The notes beneath the pieces are model-generated. The model ran no database searches. It was not told where the DNA came from and saw only the letters and a program-made list of their open reading frames with translations. Made by a program: the position numbers and the translations under genes. DNA of 64,000 nucleotides from Azolla caroliniana (Eukaryota; Plantae; Polypodiophyta). The DNA lies in assembly GCA_043228905.1 (NCBI GenBank), contig JBHGNT010000001.1, positions 7,812,001 through 7,876,000 on the forward strand, read 5' to 3'. Numbering within the stretch: position 1 is the first letter of the stretch; every line of letters begins with the position of its first letter. Below, piece by piece: positions 12,367 through 24,152 of this stretch.

Positions 12367-15300
12367 CCCACCCCCTCTGAACTTGCACATTGGTTGTGCA
12401 GAGTTCATCCAACACTTCTTCCGATTCTTTTAGTTCTTCTACTTCTTCATAAAATTCGGGCTCTAATGACTCCCTCCTTTTAAATATTTTAATCCTTTTT
12501 CCTGCAATTGGGATACGAATTTCTGTCCCATCTAATTCATTGAGGAAATATGTCGCTTTATCTGTTATTTTCCTAACTTCATAAGGTCCAAACCATCTTT
12601 TTGAAAACTTCCGAATAGTACTATATTGATTATCTAGACTACTATCATATACTAATACCCAATCTCCTTCTTGCACTTTTCTTGGTCGTATTCTTTTCAT
12701 CTTGTCAAATCTGTCCTTATTCTTGATTCTTGCCTCTTTCAATCTAGTAGTTGCTTTTTCTATGTCTTCTATCCTTGATTGAAGTTGTTGTATTCGAACC
12801 GCAAGTAAATCTTCCCTACTCATTTCCGATTCCCAAGGCAACACAGCCCATGTAGTTATCTTTTCTTCAATTGGCATTATTGGCTTCTGTCCTGTGATTA
12901 ATTCTGCAGGCATATATCCAGTAACAGTGCTGTGAGTTGTCCTATCAGCCCATAGTGCATAGGGTAAGGTTTTTGGCCAATCACTGACCCGTCCTCTACA
13001 TGCCTTTGCCAAAGCTTTGACTATTGGCCCATGTCCCCTTTCTACCTTTCCATTAGCTTCTGGATTGTACGCCGTTGTCAAAGAAAGCTGAATTCCTATT
13101 TTGTTGAAAAAATCTTCAGCTTCTGCAGAATTGAGTTCTCCCCTATCTGCCACTATCTTCCCGATACATCCATATCTACAAACAATGTCCTCCAAAATGA
13201 ATTGACATACTCCTAATGTCCCTTTTGTTCGCAATGAACGACCTTCCACTTGATTTGTTAGATCTTCTCTAGCAAGAACCAAGTATCTCTTTTGTCCTAC
13301 TCCAAGTGGCATTGTTACCAAATCTATCATCCACTTGTAATGCACCCCCGGTGAGTATGTTGGGTGTAATTCATCACAAAATTTTACGTTTGAATAATAT
13401 TGACAAGTGGGACAAGTTTCCACATACTTTTTTATTTGCTCATAGTATCGAGGCCACCAAAATCGTTCTTTAATCTTACTGAAAGTGGCCCAAACCCCTC
13501 GATGACCAGCCCATTCTTTGTCATGCAGCTCTCTGATTATCTCCTTTCTTTGCCCTTCAGAACCTATTACTCTTTGCGGGTTTCCAGTCTTGGTTTTCGG
13601 ATGTCGCCATAGATATCCTTCATGCAGGAAGAACTTATGGGCTTTCTTGCGAAACTGTGCGAACTCTTTTCCAGATCGACCTTTGTACTTGTCAGGGGTT
13701 TGTAGGTATTTCCCTATTTCCTTGAATTCTTCTTCATACTCCTCTTCTAGAAACTGCATTCCTCCTTCCCGGGTAATGCTTGTGGTAAGGACTATTTGTT
13801 CTTTGTCCTCATCGTCCGAGTCTGGAATCTCCTCTTCCTCATACCTTGCTCTTGATAACATATCTGCTACTGCATTTCTATTCCCAAAGATATGTCGAAC
13901 TTCAGGGTTGATTGATCTAATATAGATACACCATCTTAACATGGCTTGATCTGGAATATCACAATTAGCTATGATACCCAGAATAGGCAAACAATCTGTT
14001 TCTATTATTACTTCAGCACCAATTAAGTAATCTCTGTCTGTCTTTACAGCTGTTACTATCCCCCATAGCTCTCTTTTCACCTGTGCATATTTTCTTTGTC
14101 GACCACTAAGAACCTTTGCTCCAAATCGAACTGGATACCTTTCTTCCCCATCTTGTTGGCTTATCACCCATCCAATTCCAATGGGACTAGAGTCTACTGT
14201 GAGATATATGGGTCGGGTGTAGTCAGGTTGCTTTAATGGTGGAGCTTGTGCTAAGTAGTACTTCAATTTCTTCATTGCCTCTGAATGCTCTTTACTCCAT
14301 TCAAATATCTCTCCTTTTCTTAGGAGTCTATATAAAGGTTTAGATAAATGGGCATAATGCGGAATCCATTTACAGTAAAAAACACATACCCCCAAAAACC
14401 TTCGTACTTCTGAGACAGATGTACATTCCTCTTGCATATTTTGAATTGCATTGACCTTGGTTGGGGATGGCTTTCTCCCGTATGGGCCACACATATGACC
14501 AACTATTAATATCTCTTTTGCCCCAAATATTGACTTCACCCCTGATAAGGTCAAATGCACTTCTTCCATCCTTGATAGCACCTTCTCACAATCCTTGATA
14601 TGATCAACAACAAATTGACGGCAACCACTTTCATCCAATTCCTCGTTCTTCTCTTTCTCCTTGCATCCCTTAATTGGAACATCATCTAGAAAAGGCATTG
14701 TAATATGAGGAATAAAATCACGAAGTACCTTGTTCATTCCATTCATCATATGCGCCACTGAGTTGGTCGCTCCTTGCGGCAAGGTGCACATCCGTACTAA
14801 CCCTATAGGTGTCTTGATAGAAGTTATATCTCGACTTTTGAGAGCAAGTTGAAATTGATCATACCCGGAATAAAGGTCTCCAATTGAATATATAGCTCTT
14901 CTTGCAAACATCTCAGCAAACTCATCCACAATTGGCCCTACTCCCGAGTTTTGGATTGTTACCTTATTCACGGGTTGCATATCTTGGATAAATCGGAGTC
15001 GCCCATCTTTCTTTAACACAGTGAACCATCGACTCGAGTAAGGAGCGTTTGATGGTTCCAAGATACCCATCCTTATCTTTTCTTTCAAAAGTTCTAATAG
15101 TTGAGGGATTCTAGCCCTAGGCATGGGTATTGGCTTAAAGTTCCATGGAATATGAGGGATAGTGAATATAACCATGGGCTCCACAATTTCTGGATCCACA
15201 CACCCTATTTCCTCCGGTTGGAATGCGAATGCCTTTCCATGCCTTTTTAACATCTCCCTGAATTGCTTTTCTTCAGCGGGTAATAGGAAGTCACCCCCTC

Positions 15301-15823
15301 CTATTTTCATCCCTTGTATTGTTTCCGGAGTAAACACATGTCCTACCTTTCGTGGGTCTCTGAACATTGGCTCTGTGGCTGCTTCTTTGATTGCCTTTTC
15401 ACTATCCCCTGGAAGTGGAGCAGCAATAGGACGAACCTTCTTCTCCACTGTCTTGTATTTTGTTAGTACATGTGCTTCATGATCCTTTCGAGCAACTTCT
15501 TCAATGACCTCGTACATCTTGATTGAATGGATAGGAACTTGGATTTCGTTGTCTTCTTCAATTGCTTCCAAATGAGTTATTGTATCTTCAAAACTTAATT
15601 CTTCAAACATATCCTGAATTTCTTCATCATCCTCTATTAATCCAGAACACTTAAAGTACTCGAAAGCATTTTGTATTTTATTATTATTTACTTTTAGTAT
15701 AAAAGTAGCACCATTAGATGAGAATGTACAAGGAATATCTTTATTTACATTATTATTTATGGGGTTTTCTTTTATGCTCGGGCTATCACAGCCCCTACCT
15801 GTAAAAGCCCTATCTAAAAATCC
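12359..15823 (-). CDS. pol: A pol (RT-RNase H-integrase), -1 frame relative to gag; no chromodomain seen
   Basis: 1083-aa ORF whose frame is open back to the slippery site. Motifs DLYSGYDQ, FLDD, VDSS/KREL/ETDC, HHCC, D-D-E and GPY. The stop lies just inside the 3' LTR. Confidence 0.95.
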   Translation of the reverse strand, partial: GFLDRAFTGRGCDSPSIKENPINNNVNKDIPCTFSSNGATFILKVNNNKIQNAFEYFKCSGLIEDDEEIQDMFEELSFEDTITHLEAIEEDNEIQVPIHSIKMYEVIEEVARKDHEAHVLTKYKTVEKKVRPIAAPLPGDSEKAIKEAATEPMFRDPRKVGHVFTPETIQGMKIGGGDFLLPAEEKQFREMLKRHGKAFAFQPEEIGCVDPEIVEPMVIFTIPHIPWNFKPIPMPRARIPQLLELLKEKIRMGILEPSNAPYSSRWFTVLKKDGRLRFIQDMQPVNKVTIQNSGVGPIVDEFAEMFARRAIYSIGDLYSGYDQFQLALKSRDITSIKTPIGLVRMCTLPQGATNSVAHMMNGMNKVLRDFIPHITMPFLDDVPIKGCKEKEKNEELDESGCRQFVVDHIKDCEKVLSRMEEVHLTLSGVKSIFGAKEILIVGHMCGPYGRKPSPTKVNAIQNMQEECTSVSEVRRFLGVCVFYCKWIPHYAHLSKPLYRLLRKGEIFEWSKEHSEAMKKLKYYLAQAPPLKQPDYTRPIYLTVDSSPIGIGWVISQQDGEERYPVRFGAKVLSGRQRKYAQVKRELWGIVTAVKTDRDYLIGAEVIIETDCLPILGIIANCDIPDQAMLRWCIYIRSINPEVRHIFGNRNAVADMLSRARYEEEEIPDSDDEDKEQIVLTTSITREGGMQFLEEEYEEEFKEIGKYLQTPDKYKGRSGKEFAQFRKKAHKFFLHEGYLWRHPKTKTGNPQRVIGSEGQRKEIIRELHDKEWAGHRGVWATFSKIKERFWWPRYYEQIKKYVETCPTCQYYSNVKFCDELHPTYSPGVHYKWMIDLVTMPLGVGQKRYLVLAREDLTNQVEGRSLRTKGTLGVCQFILEDIVCRYGCIGKIVADRGELNSAEAEDFFNKIGIQLSLTTAYNPEANGKVERGHGPIVKALAKACRGRVSDWPKTLPYALWADRTTHSTVTGYMPAELITGQKPIMPIEEKITTWAVLPWESEMSREDLLAVRIQQLQSRIEDIEKATTRLKEARIKNKDRFDKMKRIRPRKVQEGDWVLVYDSSLDNQYSTIRKFSKRWFGPYEVRKITDKATYFLNELDGTEIRIPIAGKRIKIFKRRESLEPEFYEEVEELKESEEVLDELCTTNVQVQRGWVS

Positions 15824-17928
15824 TGGGAAAACTCTTCATCCATCTCTTGAATTGGATGTTCCCTCAAGCATTCTTTGTTTCTTTCATGGTTGGGCCTCAC
15901 GGTTAAGAATTGGACAGTCTTTCTTCCATCTTGACTCTTGATTCTCGCGAAAGCCGAACCATCATCAATAACCTTTGTTTCCATCCTCACTGTGGTGATG
16001 TAGGGCTGACCAAGGATGACGGGGTAGGTTGATCGATCTTGCACAAAGAAATTTTGATTCACCAAGACATCACCAATTGTTACCTTCACACTAGGACATG
16101 CTCCGAATAGATCCTCCGTAGTTTCTGTGGCAGCTCTTATTTTCCACCCATGATTCTTGTCGATCGGCCACCGTCCTCGAGCGTAAAATTCCGATGACAT
16201 CATGTTAATCTCGGATCCATGATCGATCAAAGCAATACATGGAATTTGCTGCTCCCCAATTTTTGCAGGTGCCTCCGTTGTTGCTCGAGCCCAATGATCC
16301 CTTGTATAGTGACTCCTATCCCCTTCATGGACACCAACATCATTCTGGTTTTTTACACTTGCAGCATTGATGGTGCCACCATACAAATCTTGGAGTGTTG
16401 TTGCACACCCTCCCATAATTTCCTCCATCACCTGTCTCTTCCTTCTAATAATATCTATGATAACTTCATGAAATTCTTTCTTTGCTATACCCAACACTTT
16501 TCGTAAAGTAAATTCTACCTTACTATTTAGTATTCTTGTTTCTAGTACCTTTTTTATATCAGTCGTAGTTTCTATGTCTGAGGCAAGCTTGAAAGATGGG
16601 CTTGTCTTTCCTTTTACTTTATCAGCTTCCTTCGGCTCAGTAGCACCCTTTTCCATGTCCCTTCTCTTCTGTTCTCGTGTCTCATGTCTCTTTGTCGGAT
16701 CAACTTCCTCAGCTCTCTTCCGCTTCTCTTCCACTAGCACATCTTGTGCATTCACTTGGGCGAATGCTGATAGCGCGTCTACTGGATCATTCCATCCAGT
16801 GAAGTTTCGTATTTCATCTCCCGCTCTTTTTAATTCATCCACTCGAACCTTCCCTTTTCTTGCATAATCCATCACATCTTGCCAAAAGCCAGATCCACCA
16901 TATGAGTCTTCTATGCGCAATCCTAAGGTTGCCACGGATTGTATCGCTTGAGTCGTTTCTCTCTCAACATCTTCCATTAGCTTTTTCATTCCTCCTCGCC
17001 CAAAGTTGAGTTGAAGTGGTTGTCGAGTCTCTGTTGAGTGAATCTTGCCATCTTCGTAGTAGATTTTATTATGATTAAGAGCATCCCTATGCTCTTGACA
17101 ATCTTTCTTCTGGTGGTCGATACTATCACACCACATACACCTTCGGACCATTCCACCTCCCTGCCTTGATGAAGTCGAGCTTTGTCCCGATTCTAGCTTC
17201 GTCACTTTGATCGACAAGTCTTCCATACCTTTCACCAATTCGTGTAAGAGTGATTCTTCTACTTTCTTTTCTCTCGACTCGTTCCCTATTTCTTCATCAT
17301 TTCTGTCGGGCAACTCCATAAACCATAACTTTCTTTTGCAGAAATGGGCGCACGCCCTTTTCACCTCCTCCCAGTCTTCGATAAGTCCACTTGGACTATT
17401 CTGATCTTCTAAAAGCATTCCCAAGTCCCTCCTGTCTTTAATATTAGTAGCTTGTAGAAACAATATTACTTTATCTGGCACTATTATATTTCTATCTCTA
17501 ACATTTAGTTGCTCAAATCTTTCAGAAAACTCTTTTAATACTTCCAAAACACTTAAATGTTTATTAGACTCTACCCAATCCATGAAAGCTCGCCTTGTCA
17601 TCCTTGACATATCGTTGAGGTTGTATTCATTGAGTAATGCCCTTTCGAACGTTGTCCATGTCTGATTCTCCCTTTGGAGCTCTTGGATCCTCTCTTGTAG
17701 CCCAATCGCAGCGACTCGACTAAAGCTATTAATTTTTGCAGCTTCGTCGACACCACGTTTAAGCATTTCTTCATTGTAAATCTTCAGAAATTTTGTTAAA
17801 TTTATACCTTCGAAGATTCCTACTCGTGCGAGAATATTGTCGACGGCTTTGTCGATGTTTGCCATCATCCCTTGTTCCCGCATCACTCGTTCCATCATCG
17901 TACACATAAGCCTCATTTGCTCCTCCAT
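15814..17928 (-). CDS. gag: A Gag-protease
   Basis: 704 aa. Knuckle CMWCDSIDHQKKDC, aspartic protease LIDHGSEIN...ILGQP, ends QDF*. Confidence 0.93.
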   Translation of the reverse strand: MEEQMRLMCTMMERVMREQGMMANIDKAVDNILARVGIFEGINLTKFLKIYNEEMLKRGVDEAAKINSFSRVAAIGLQERIQELQRENQTWTTFERALLNEYNLNDMSRMTRRAFMDWVESNKHLSVLEVLKEFSERFEQLNVRDRNIIVPDKVILFLQATNIKDRRDLGMLLEDQNSPSGLIEDWEEVKRACAHFCKRKLWFMELPDRNDEEIGNESREKKVEESLLHELVKGMEDLSIKVTKLESGQSSTSSRQGGGMVRRCMWCDSIDHQKKDCQEHRDALNHNKIYYEDGKIHSTETRQPLQLNFGRGGMKKLMEDVERETTQAIQSVATLGLRIEDSYGGSGFWQDVMDYARKGKVRVDELKRAGDEIRNFTGWNDPVDALSAFAQVNAQDVLVEEKRKRAEEVDPTKRHETREQKRRDMEKGATEPKEADKVKGKTSPSFKLASDIETTTDIKKVLETRILNSKVEFTLRKVLGIAKKEFHEVIIDIIRRKRQVMEEIMGGCATTLQDLYGGTINAASVKNQNDVGVHEGDRSHYTRDHWARATTEAPAKIGEQQIPCIALIDHGSEINMMSSEFYARGRWPIDKNHGWKIRAATETTEDLFGACPSVKVTIGDVLVNQNFFVQDRSTYPVILGQPYITTVRMETKVIDDGSAFARIKSQDGRKTVQFLTVRPNHERNKECLREHPIQEMDEEFSQDF

Positions 17929-17945
17929 TTCTCCTCGTCGCCGCC

Positions 17946-17963
17946 TTCACGTCAGGTTCACCA
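17946..17963 (-). promoter_or_regulatory. A primer-binding site, tRNA-Trp
   Basis: TGGTGAACCTGACGTGAA, 4 nt after the 5' LTR. Confidence 0.85.
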
Positions 17964-17967
17964 AATG

Positions 17968-18854
17968 TGTCGGGGTAGTTGTGGTTCGTGCGGCGAAGTC
18001 GCGGGGACTAAGGTCAAGGGGGAGTTGAAGGAACTTTTATAAGGCTTGCGCACAAATGTTAGGAAGATGAAGGATAAAAAGAATAAGAGTTTAAAGTAAT
18101 GTGTGTGAGAGAGAGACAAGTATAGATAAAGGATAGAGACAATGTATGATTCAAGAAAGAAGATTGAGACAAAGTATGATTCTAGAAAGAAGATTGAGAC
18201 AAAGTATGATTCAAAGAACAAGAGTATATGATATAAACATGATGTATATTAACAATATAATATTTTACCAACTTTACAATCCTCGATCGCAAACTGAACA
18301 CATTCTCTATCGACCCTTGATTTGAACCCACGACCTCAACTTCGAAACGAGAGGTTCTCCACCCAACGAGCTAGTTTTCTTTAGTTGATTGTATTATTTT
18401 CTCACTCTCTCTTGATTCCTTCCCTTCTTGTTTTCCTTGCCCCTCTTTTCATAAGTGTTGCCATGCATATGGTAATGTATGGGAGCATGGCATGCATGCA
18501 ATGCATGAGTTACATGTAATGCATGATCGCCATTTGGCACACATGCATTGCATGTGATGAATGATGGCTATGTATGAAAATAGATATGGGATAAATATAA
18601 TGATGAAAATGCATTCTAAAATAACTAACCTAGCTTAGTTGTGTATGCTTGGTGCTTGGTATACAAGGTTGAGGGTTCAAGTCCCTCAATTTTACTTAAT
18701 ACAATATATAGCTTCATTCTTATATCATGAAGCACATTTATTACACATTGTACATTGTACATCGTTTATAAGGATGTGGGTTCAAGTCTCTCAAATATTA
18801 CTAAATACAACATTTAAGATCATTTTTATATCGTGAAGCACATTCTTCACGACA
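17968..18854 (-). repeat. A 5' LTR (887 bp)
   Basis: Near-identical to 11479-12366 apart from a few SNPs, one extra 30-bp unit and a 31-bp deletion. Confidence 0.96.
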
Positions 18855-21800
18855 CCGTGACAAATGCCGTTTTCTCCTGGTCCTCGGGGTGCACGCGTAC
18901 TTGGTTATAGCCACTGAAGCCATCTAAGAAACTGTACATCTCATGGCTTGCGACGGCGTCCAACACGCTATCGGTGAAGGGTAAGGGAAATGCGTCCGTA
19001 ATGGTTACGACGTTTAATTTCTAGTAATCCACGCATACCCGTATTTTGTCGTTTTTCTTTGGGACAACCACTATCGGGCTAAGCCATGTTGCTTGTTTTA
19101 CTGGCCGTATGAACCCAACCCTCAACAGCTTGTCAATTTCTTCTTTCACGCGGGTTGCGTAATTGGGGTTCATGCGGTAGCGACGCTGCTGGACAGGTTT
19201 CGCTTCCGTTGCTAAATTGATCTTATGCTGATAGAACTTGGGATCTAACCCTTCATGTCCTCATGAGCCCACGCGAACACATCTTTATATTCCGTGAGTA
19301 GTGCGATCATTGTGGTTCTCTGGTCCGGCCTCAATTCCTTTGCTATGGAGAGGAACCGGGGTTCCGATCCCGTACCCACATTCACTTCGTCGAGAGCAGA
19401 AGCGGTGACCTGTCGTGAAATCTCCATTTCCCTTTCGAAGGCCGCCCGTGCTCTACTGAGTTCCAATATGGACTCTGGGTTTGGTTCGTACGGCTCTTCG
19501 CTCGGAACAATGGCCATAGTATATTCTCCCGCAATTGCGATGACATCTATCTCGAACAACGGAATAATCCGAGGATGTTCGTCAAGGTATGCTTCCAATT
19601 CGGCATCCTCCACCCCAGCCAACATATTGATGTCTTCCGCATACAACGATGTTATCCCCTTAGGTTGGGGCGTGTTGCCTTCCGTAGGTACACGAACCTT
19701 GATGCGTCCTTGCCGGAAATTGATACACTCGTGTTGCCAGCTCTGCTTGATATTTGTTGTCTGAAGCCATGGTCTGCCCAGAAGCACTGGGTATGCTCCT
19801 GGCGCGTCCAAAGCGAGGACGACCGCCGATATGTCGAAGCGGTGTCCGCCCACGATGATGCCTATTTTGCGAATTAGTCCCAACGGTCGCATTGATCGGG
19901 TATCTGCCATGCGAAGCCAGAATGGACACGCCTCCCATTCGGAAATGCCCAACTGTTCGCAAGTTTTCGCGCTAATCACATTGACGCCTAAGCCGCCGTC
20001 GATTACACATCCAGGGACTTCCTGTCCGTGCAATATTACTGTAATGGCCGGGTTGTGCTGATCCACCACTGGTGGTCCCTCACTGACGTCAGTCAGGTTT
20101 GTGGCAACGCTCGCCCCGGTCATGCCCGCCACCTGTGCTTCCATGGTCTGGTAGAAACGTGGAACTAGCTGTAGCAGTTTCTCCATAGTTAGCGTGATTT
20201 CACAGCCCGCTAACACCTGCCAAATGGGGTCCGGCCCCGGTTTTTCGTTCTCTGTCATTGCGTTCGCGGACTCCTGCCTCATACGTTCCGTATTGGTCGC
20301 GTTTGCTTTTTCCACCCAGGCTTGGGCTTGTCGTCGTACCTCGTCCTGCGCAGCCCAATCTGCCGTTTTCGTTTGCTGGCGTGTCGTGACTTGTTGCACC
20401 TCCGCCGTAATCGTGTTGACGGCGGGCCCCTTTCCCTTGCGTGTTGGGCATTGTGTGGCATAATGTCCGGGTTGCTGACAAATAAAACAATGGATGCTTG
20501 ATTCTCCCTTCTCAGCCCCAGGTGGAGTGTGCCGTTCTCCGGGCGCTACTTGCTCTTCGCGGTCCGGCCTCGTTTGTCGGGACGTACGCGGTGGCTGTTG
20601 TTGGTCCCGTCATTGTTCCTGGTGCCGCTCATCCCCCGAGATTTCGTCGTAACGCCGGTGATCCCTATATTGTCGAAGCTTACCCCAATAGCCATTGAAG
20701 CCGCTCCGTTTGTTTGTCGGGCGTTGATGTTCGTATCGCTGACCCCCTTTGGCGTAACTTAGATGTCCACGATAATCCTCGTTCGCCTCGTCCTCCTCCT
20801 CGGACTCGTTGTGATTCTGGCGATTCCGGTTGTACCTGTCATCCCGCGGGTTGCGATCCTTATACCGGGGTCGGTCTTCTTGCCTCCTTTGTTCTGCCCG
20901 ATGTGGTTGCCGTTGTGTGTCCATGCTGCGGACTGCGGGCGTGGCTCTGTTTAACATATTATACTCGCATTGGTCGACTGTGTGAACCTTCGAGTGGCAG
21001 ATTGGGCAGTGGATTCGCATATTGCACTCCACCGCGGAATGCCCCGAGTTCAAGCAAATCGTGCACTGGATTGCCTGACGACATTGGTGTTCCTCATCCT
21101 GAGGTAACGCTTGTCGTAAGGATGACATCGAAAACCTCTCCTCCTCTTCATCCAACTCGAGCTGTAACGCTCGTTCAATCACCATATCCACCGTTTCGCC
21201 TTTCACGCTATTGCTGTTGAGCGTTGCCCGGATGGGCCGGCGTAATGCTGCCAAAAATGTCTCCCGAGCCTCCTCCTCTGCAGGGCTTCGATCCAGTTTC
21301 CGTCGTAAATTTTGGAACCGTAAGCTGAAGTCTGCTATCGTCTCGGTCGGTAGTTGCTTAATTGTATAAAATTGCCCGAGAATCTCGCATTGTGGAACCC
21401 TCCGGTGGAAAAAACGCAAGAAGGCGGACTGGAGCTGATCGAAGGTTGTTATGGCTGGTAAATCCATCTGTCAATGCTAGAACGCTGCACGCCCATCTAA
21501 TGTTAATCCGAACTCCGTCATTTTCGACTGGTGTGCCACCGTCTCGGAAAGGTTCTGTGCCATGTGGTTCGCATTCCAAACGTTCAAGAACATGCGAATA
21601 TGAGTTGCAGCGTCGGTTTCGCCGTTAAAGCGGGGGTAGGCAAAGGCCAACGTGGGAGCTACGACGGATCGGAAAAGGTCACCGGGTGGCTGCGGTAAGC
21701 GTGGTCCCCTCGGCTCGTCGAGGTATTTGGGGAGCAAGGAATCCCCTTTGCACTCCTGGCAGATATTACTGGGGTCGCCGATGCACGGCTTTTGCCGGGC

Positions 21801-21935
21801 GCGTTCTTCTGCCTGGCGTGTGATGGACCTTGTTATTGGCCGGTCTTGTCTTGTTGGTTCTCTGGGTTGTCTGCGGCTAAACATCCATTCGTTGTTGCTT
21901 GTCTGTGAGGAAACACATATCACCAAGCGTGCCAA
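18855..21935 (-). pseudogene. X gag-protease-RT N-terminal part, disrupted by stops and frameshifts
   Basis: CTICLNSGHSAVEC, CPICHSKVHTVDQC, CFICQQPGHYATQC, VIDGGLGVNVI, LLGRPWL. Single-base loss at MKG/LDPKFYQH (~19247). Confidence 0.9.
21921..21934 (-). promoter_or_regulatory. X primer-binding site, tRNA-Arg(UCU)-like
   Basis: TGGCACGCTTGGTG just inside the LTR end. G has TGGCATGCCTGG. Confidence 0.7.
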
Positions 21936-21938
21936 AAG

Positions 21939-22378
21939 TGTTGCCTCTTAGGAACACGGTCTGTGGTCAGTCCTTCGACCTAGACCCCAAGGTGGGTGTG
22001 GAACAACGAACAGAGCTTAAGCATACTGCGTAAGGAGAGACCCTCTGTGATTCCTTCGTGTGTAAGAAGAGATGGCTACAACCGACTCCTTATCACATGT
22101 TGCGCTTACGTACTACTACGCTTACGTATCCGAGACACAGACACTGAATTAGTCGTAGCTATACACAGAAACTCAGAGAAGATAGTATTCTATTATCAGG
22201 TGTTCTTTTACATTTCCCAAAATTTACATGCACCCCTTAAGAGGTTTTCTGCCCTTTATATATGCAGGGTCTAATTAGCCGCTCACGCTTCCCCGCGTGA
22301 ACTGTTACATACGTTACGCTTTATATAGTTTCTTATTCCCACGCTTTTGGCCGTCGGTTACTATTCCGGTGGACAACA
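21939..22378 (-). repeat. X 5' LTR (~440 bp)
   Basis: TGTTGTCCA...GCAACA on the minus strand; same 5' terminus as the G LTR; followed by the PBS. Confidence 0.8.
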
Positions 22379-23392
22379 ATTGCCGGGTCCCGTTCTCCTG
22401 TTGCCACCGATCTCTCCTATAGGACTCACGCTAGCACTCGGGCCGACCGCCGGATTGGTGTAAGGAACTCCATAGGACCGACCTTCATTCTCCTGTACTT
22501 CTCCCAACCTCGTCGTCGCTCTCCTTGCTGCGTTCCCGCCTCGATCTTCCATCTCTTTCGATCTTACGCTGCCCCGTCGGCCGAACAATCGAAGTCTCTG
22601 GATAGGATGTGGCGTAACTGATTTCTCAACGTCTTTCGGAGACTCGTCCGGGCCACCGCCCCTTTTAGTGGTGTCGGTGGATAGCATCCGCTTTGTGATC
22701 AATCAAGCCCCGCCTGAGCTTGATTCTCCAATGTCCGGAGTTTCGGCTCTGATGCCGATCTTGCCAGACTCTTTCCGAACCTATGATCACCCTCCCAATT
22801 CTCGACCTTCGCCCGGTCAGTCTTTCTCCCCATGTAAAAGAGGGCGGCTCGTCCCACACCCTCTCCCATATCGGCACCTTTATGCCGAATCCGGCCCAGA
22901 TCGAACAATCCACGACCGGATTACGCTCCACCCGTATCGGAGCGTCGCGCAGTTCGGTCCCCGGTCGGGTCGTTCCTTGGTCTCTTCGTCAACCTTTTCG
23001 CTTGCCATCTCCCATCCATCTTCGCTGGCATCGTGCCAGGACTCCTCGGTACCGCCATCCACCTCCTCGGTCTTACATGGGCATACGGGCCCGAATGCCA
23101 AGTTCTCCGGAATCGGGTCCGGGGGCTTTCGTCCGCTCCTTCCCCGTATCGTCTCGCCGGTGATTCTTGGTCTCTCACCGCCGCCTTCCTCCGCTTGGGA
23201 CTCACATGGGCACTCGGGCCCGACTGCCATCGTCTCGGGAGCAAGTGTGGGAAGGCTCAAAGAATCGCCCGTCCGGTTTACGCCCTTGTCCGTAGCCATC
23301 GGCTCTTCGTGGTCTGCGGTCGTCTCCTTACCGATCGCGCAAGCCCCGCCTGGGCTTGCTTCTCCGATGTCCGGGGTTTCGGGCTGACACGC

Positions 23393-24109
23393 TGTCGTGA
23401 AGAAAACCGCCCACAAGAGGAATCGGAGGAACAAGGCGTGGGAAACGGCTCTACACACACACGCGCGCCAAGAAGTACCTAAGGACGAAGTAGGTACATA
23501 CGAGGATCCTAGGTGGGTAGATTCGGTTGGTATGCAGTTAATGCCAAACGGCCTCTTGACGGGCTATAAAAGGAAGAGGAAGAATAGAAGTGGGGAATCT
23601 CCCGCGGAGAGGACGAAGTGCTGCCGAACCGATTTCGGAGCTTCTCACTCACTCCTGCTCTCTCTGTCTTCTGCTCCATCGCGTACCTGTGCAGGTTTCG
23701 AGGAGGCTTGCGCTGTTCCGTGGAACGCCCCGAGTGCGTCCTGCAGCACCTCCGACCTGTTTTCCCTTTCTGTGCGTCGCGACACACAGGGGTCGGCAGC
23801 TGTTCGCCGCCCTGTTCGTTTTCGTTAGTATCTATTTTGTGCCCCACCGTGGGTTGTAATACTTTAGTCTGTTATTTTCTTGCATTCATAAGCACATATC
23901 TCTCGTTGTTGCGTCCATCTGCGTCGGCGTCTATTTGTGATCTCTGTTTGTTGGGCCGTGTCCCTGTGAAATCGTCGGTTCTGCGCAATCGGATCTTCGG
24001 TTCTGTGTAATCGGGTCTCTCTCTCTTACTTCTCCCTCTCTTGCTCTTCGGTTCGAGACCCCTGTGGTCCCTCCTCCTTTCTACACGCAAGGGCGTAGCA
24101 ACCCCGACA
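23393..24109 (+). repeat. B 5' LTR
   Basis: TGTCGTGAAG...CCCCGACA; TATAAAAGG at ~23565. Confidence 0.97.
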
Positions 24110-24112
24110 TCT

Positions 24113-24130
24113 TGGTGAACCCGACGTGAA
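24113..24130 (+). promoter_or_regulatory. B primer-binding site, tRNA-Trp (18 nt)
   Basis: TGGTGAACCCGACGTGAA is the complement of the plant tRNA-Trp 3' end ...TTCACGTCGGGTTCACCA (tRNA sequence recalled, not searched). Confidence 0.9.
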
Positions 24131-24152
24131 AGAGGCGGCAGAAGAGTAGGAA

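Larger units (their letters stand above)
11479..18854 (-). mobile_element. Element A: full-length Trp-primed Ty3/gypsy element (AT-richer subfamily)
   Basis: Two ~888-bp LTRs, TSD CCGT (11475-11478 and 18855-18858), PBS, PPT agggggtggg (12367-12376, minus strand), open gag-PR and pol. Confidence 0.97.
10575..22378 (-). mobile_element. Element X: Athila/Tat-like Ty3/gypsy LTR retrotransposon, split by A and truncated after RNase H
   Basis: 5' LTR, Arg-type PBS, gag with CCHC knuckles, protease VIDGGLGVNV, DVFAW..DMKG RT entry, FLDD, RNase H ending AVADFLS. No integrase or 3' LTR. Confidence 0.9.

Noticed and set aside
19240-19255. Programmed frameshift in element X
   Set aside because: It is a single-base loss within the conserved MKGLDP motif of a copy with many other lesions, and there is no slippery heptamer.
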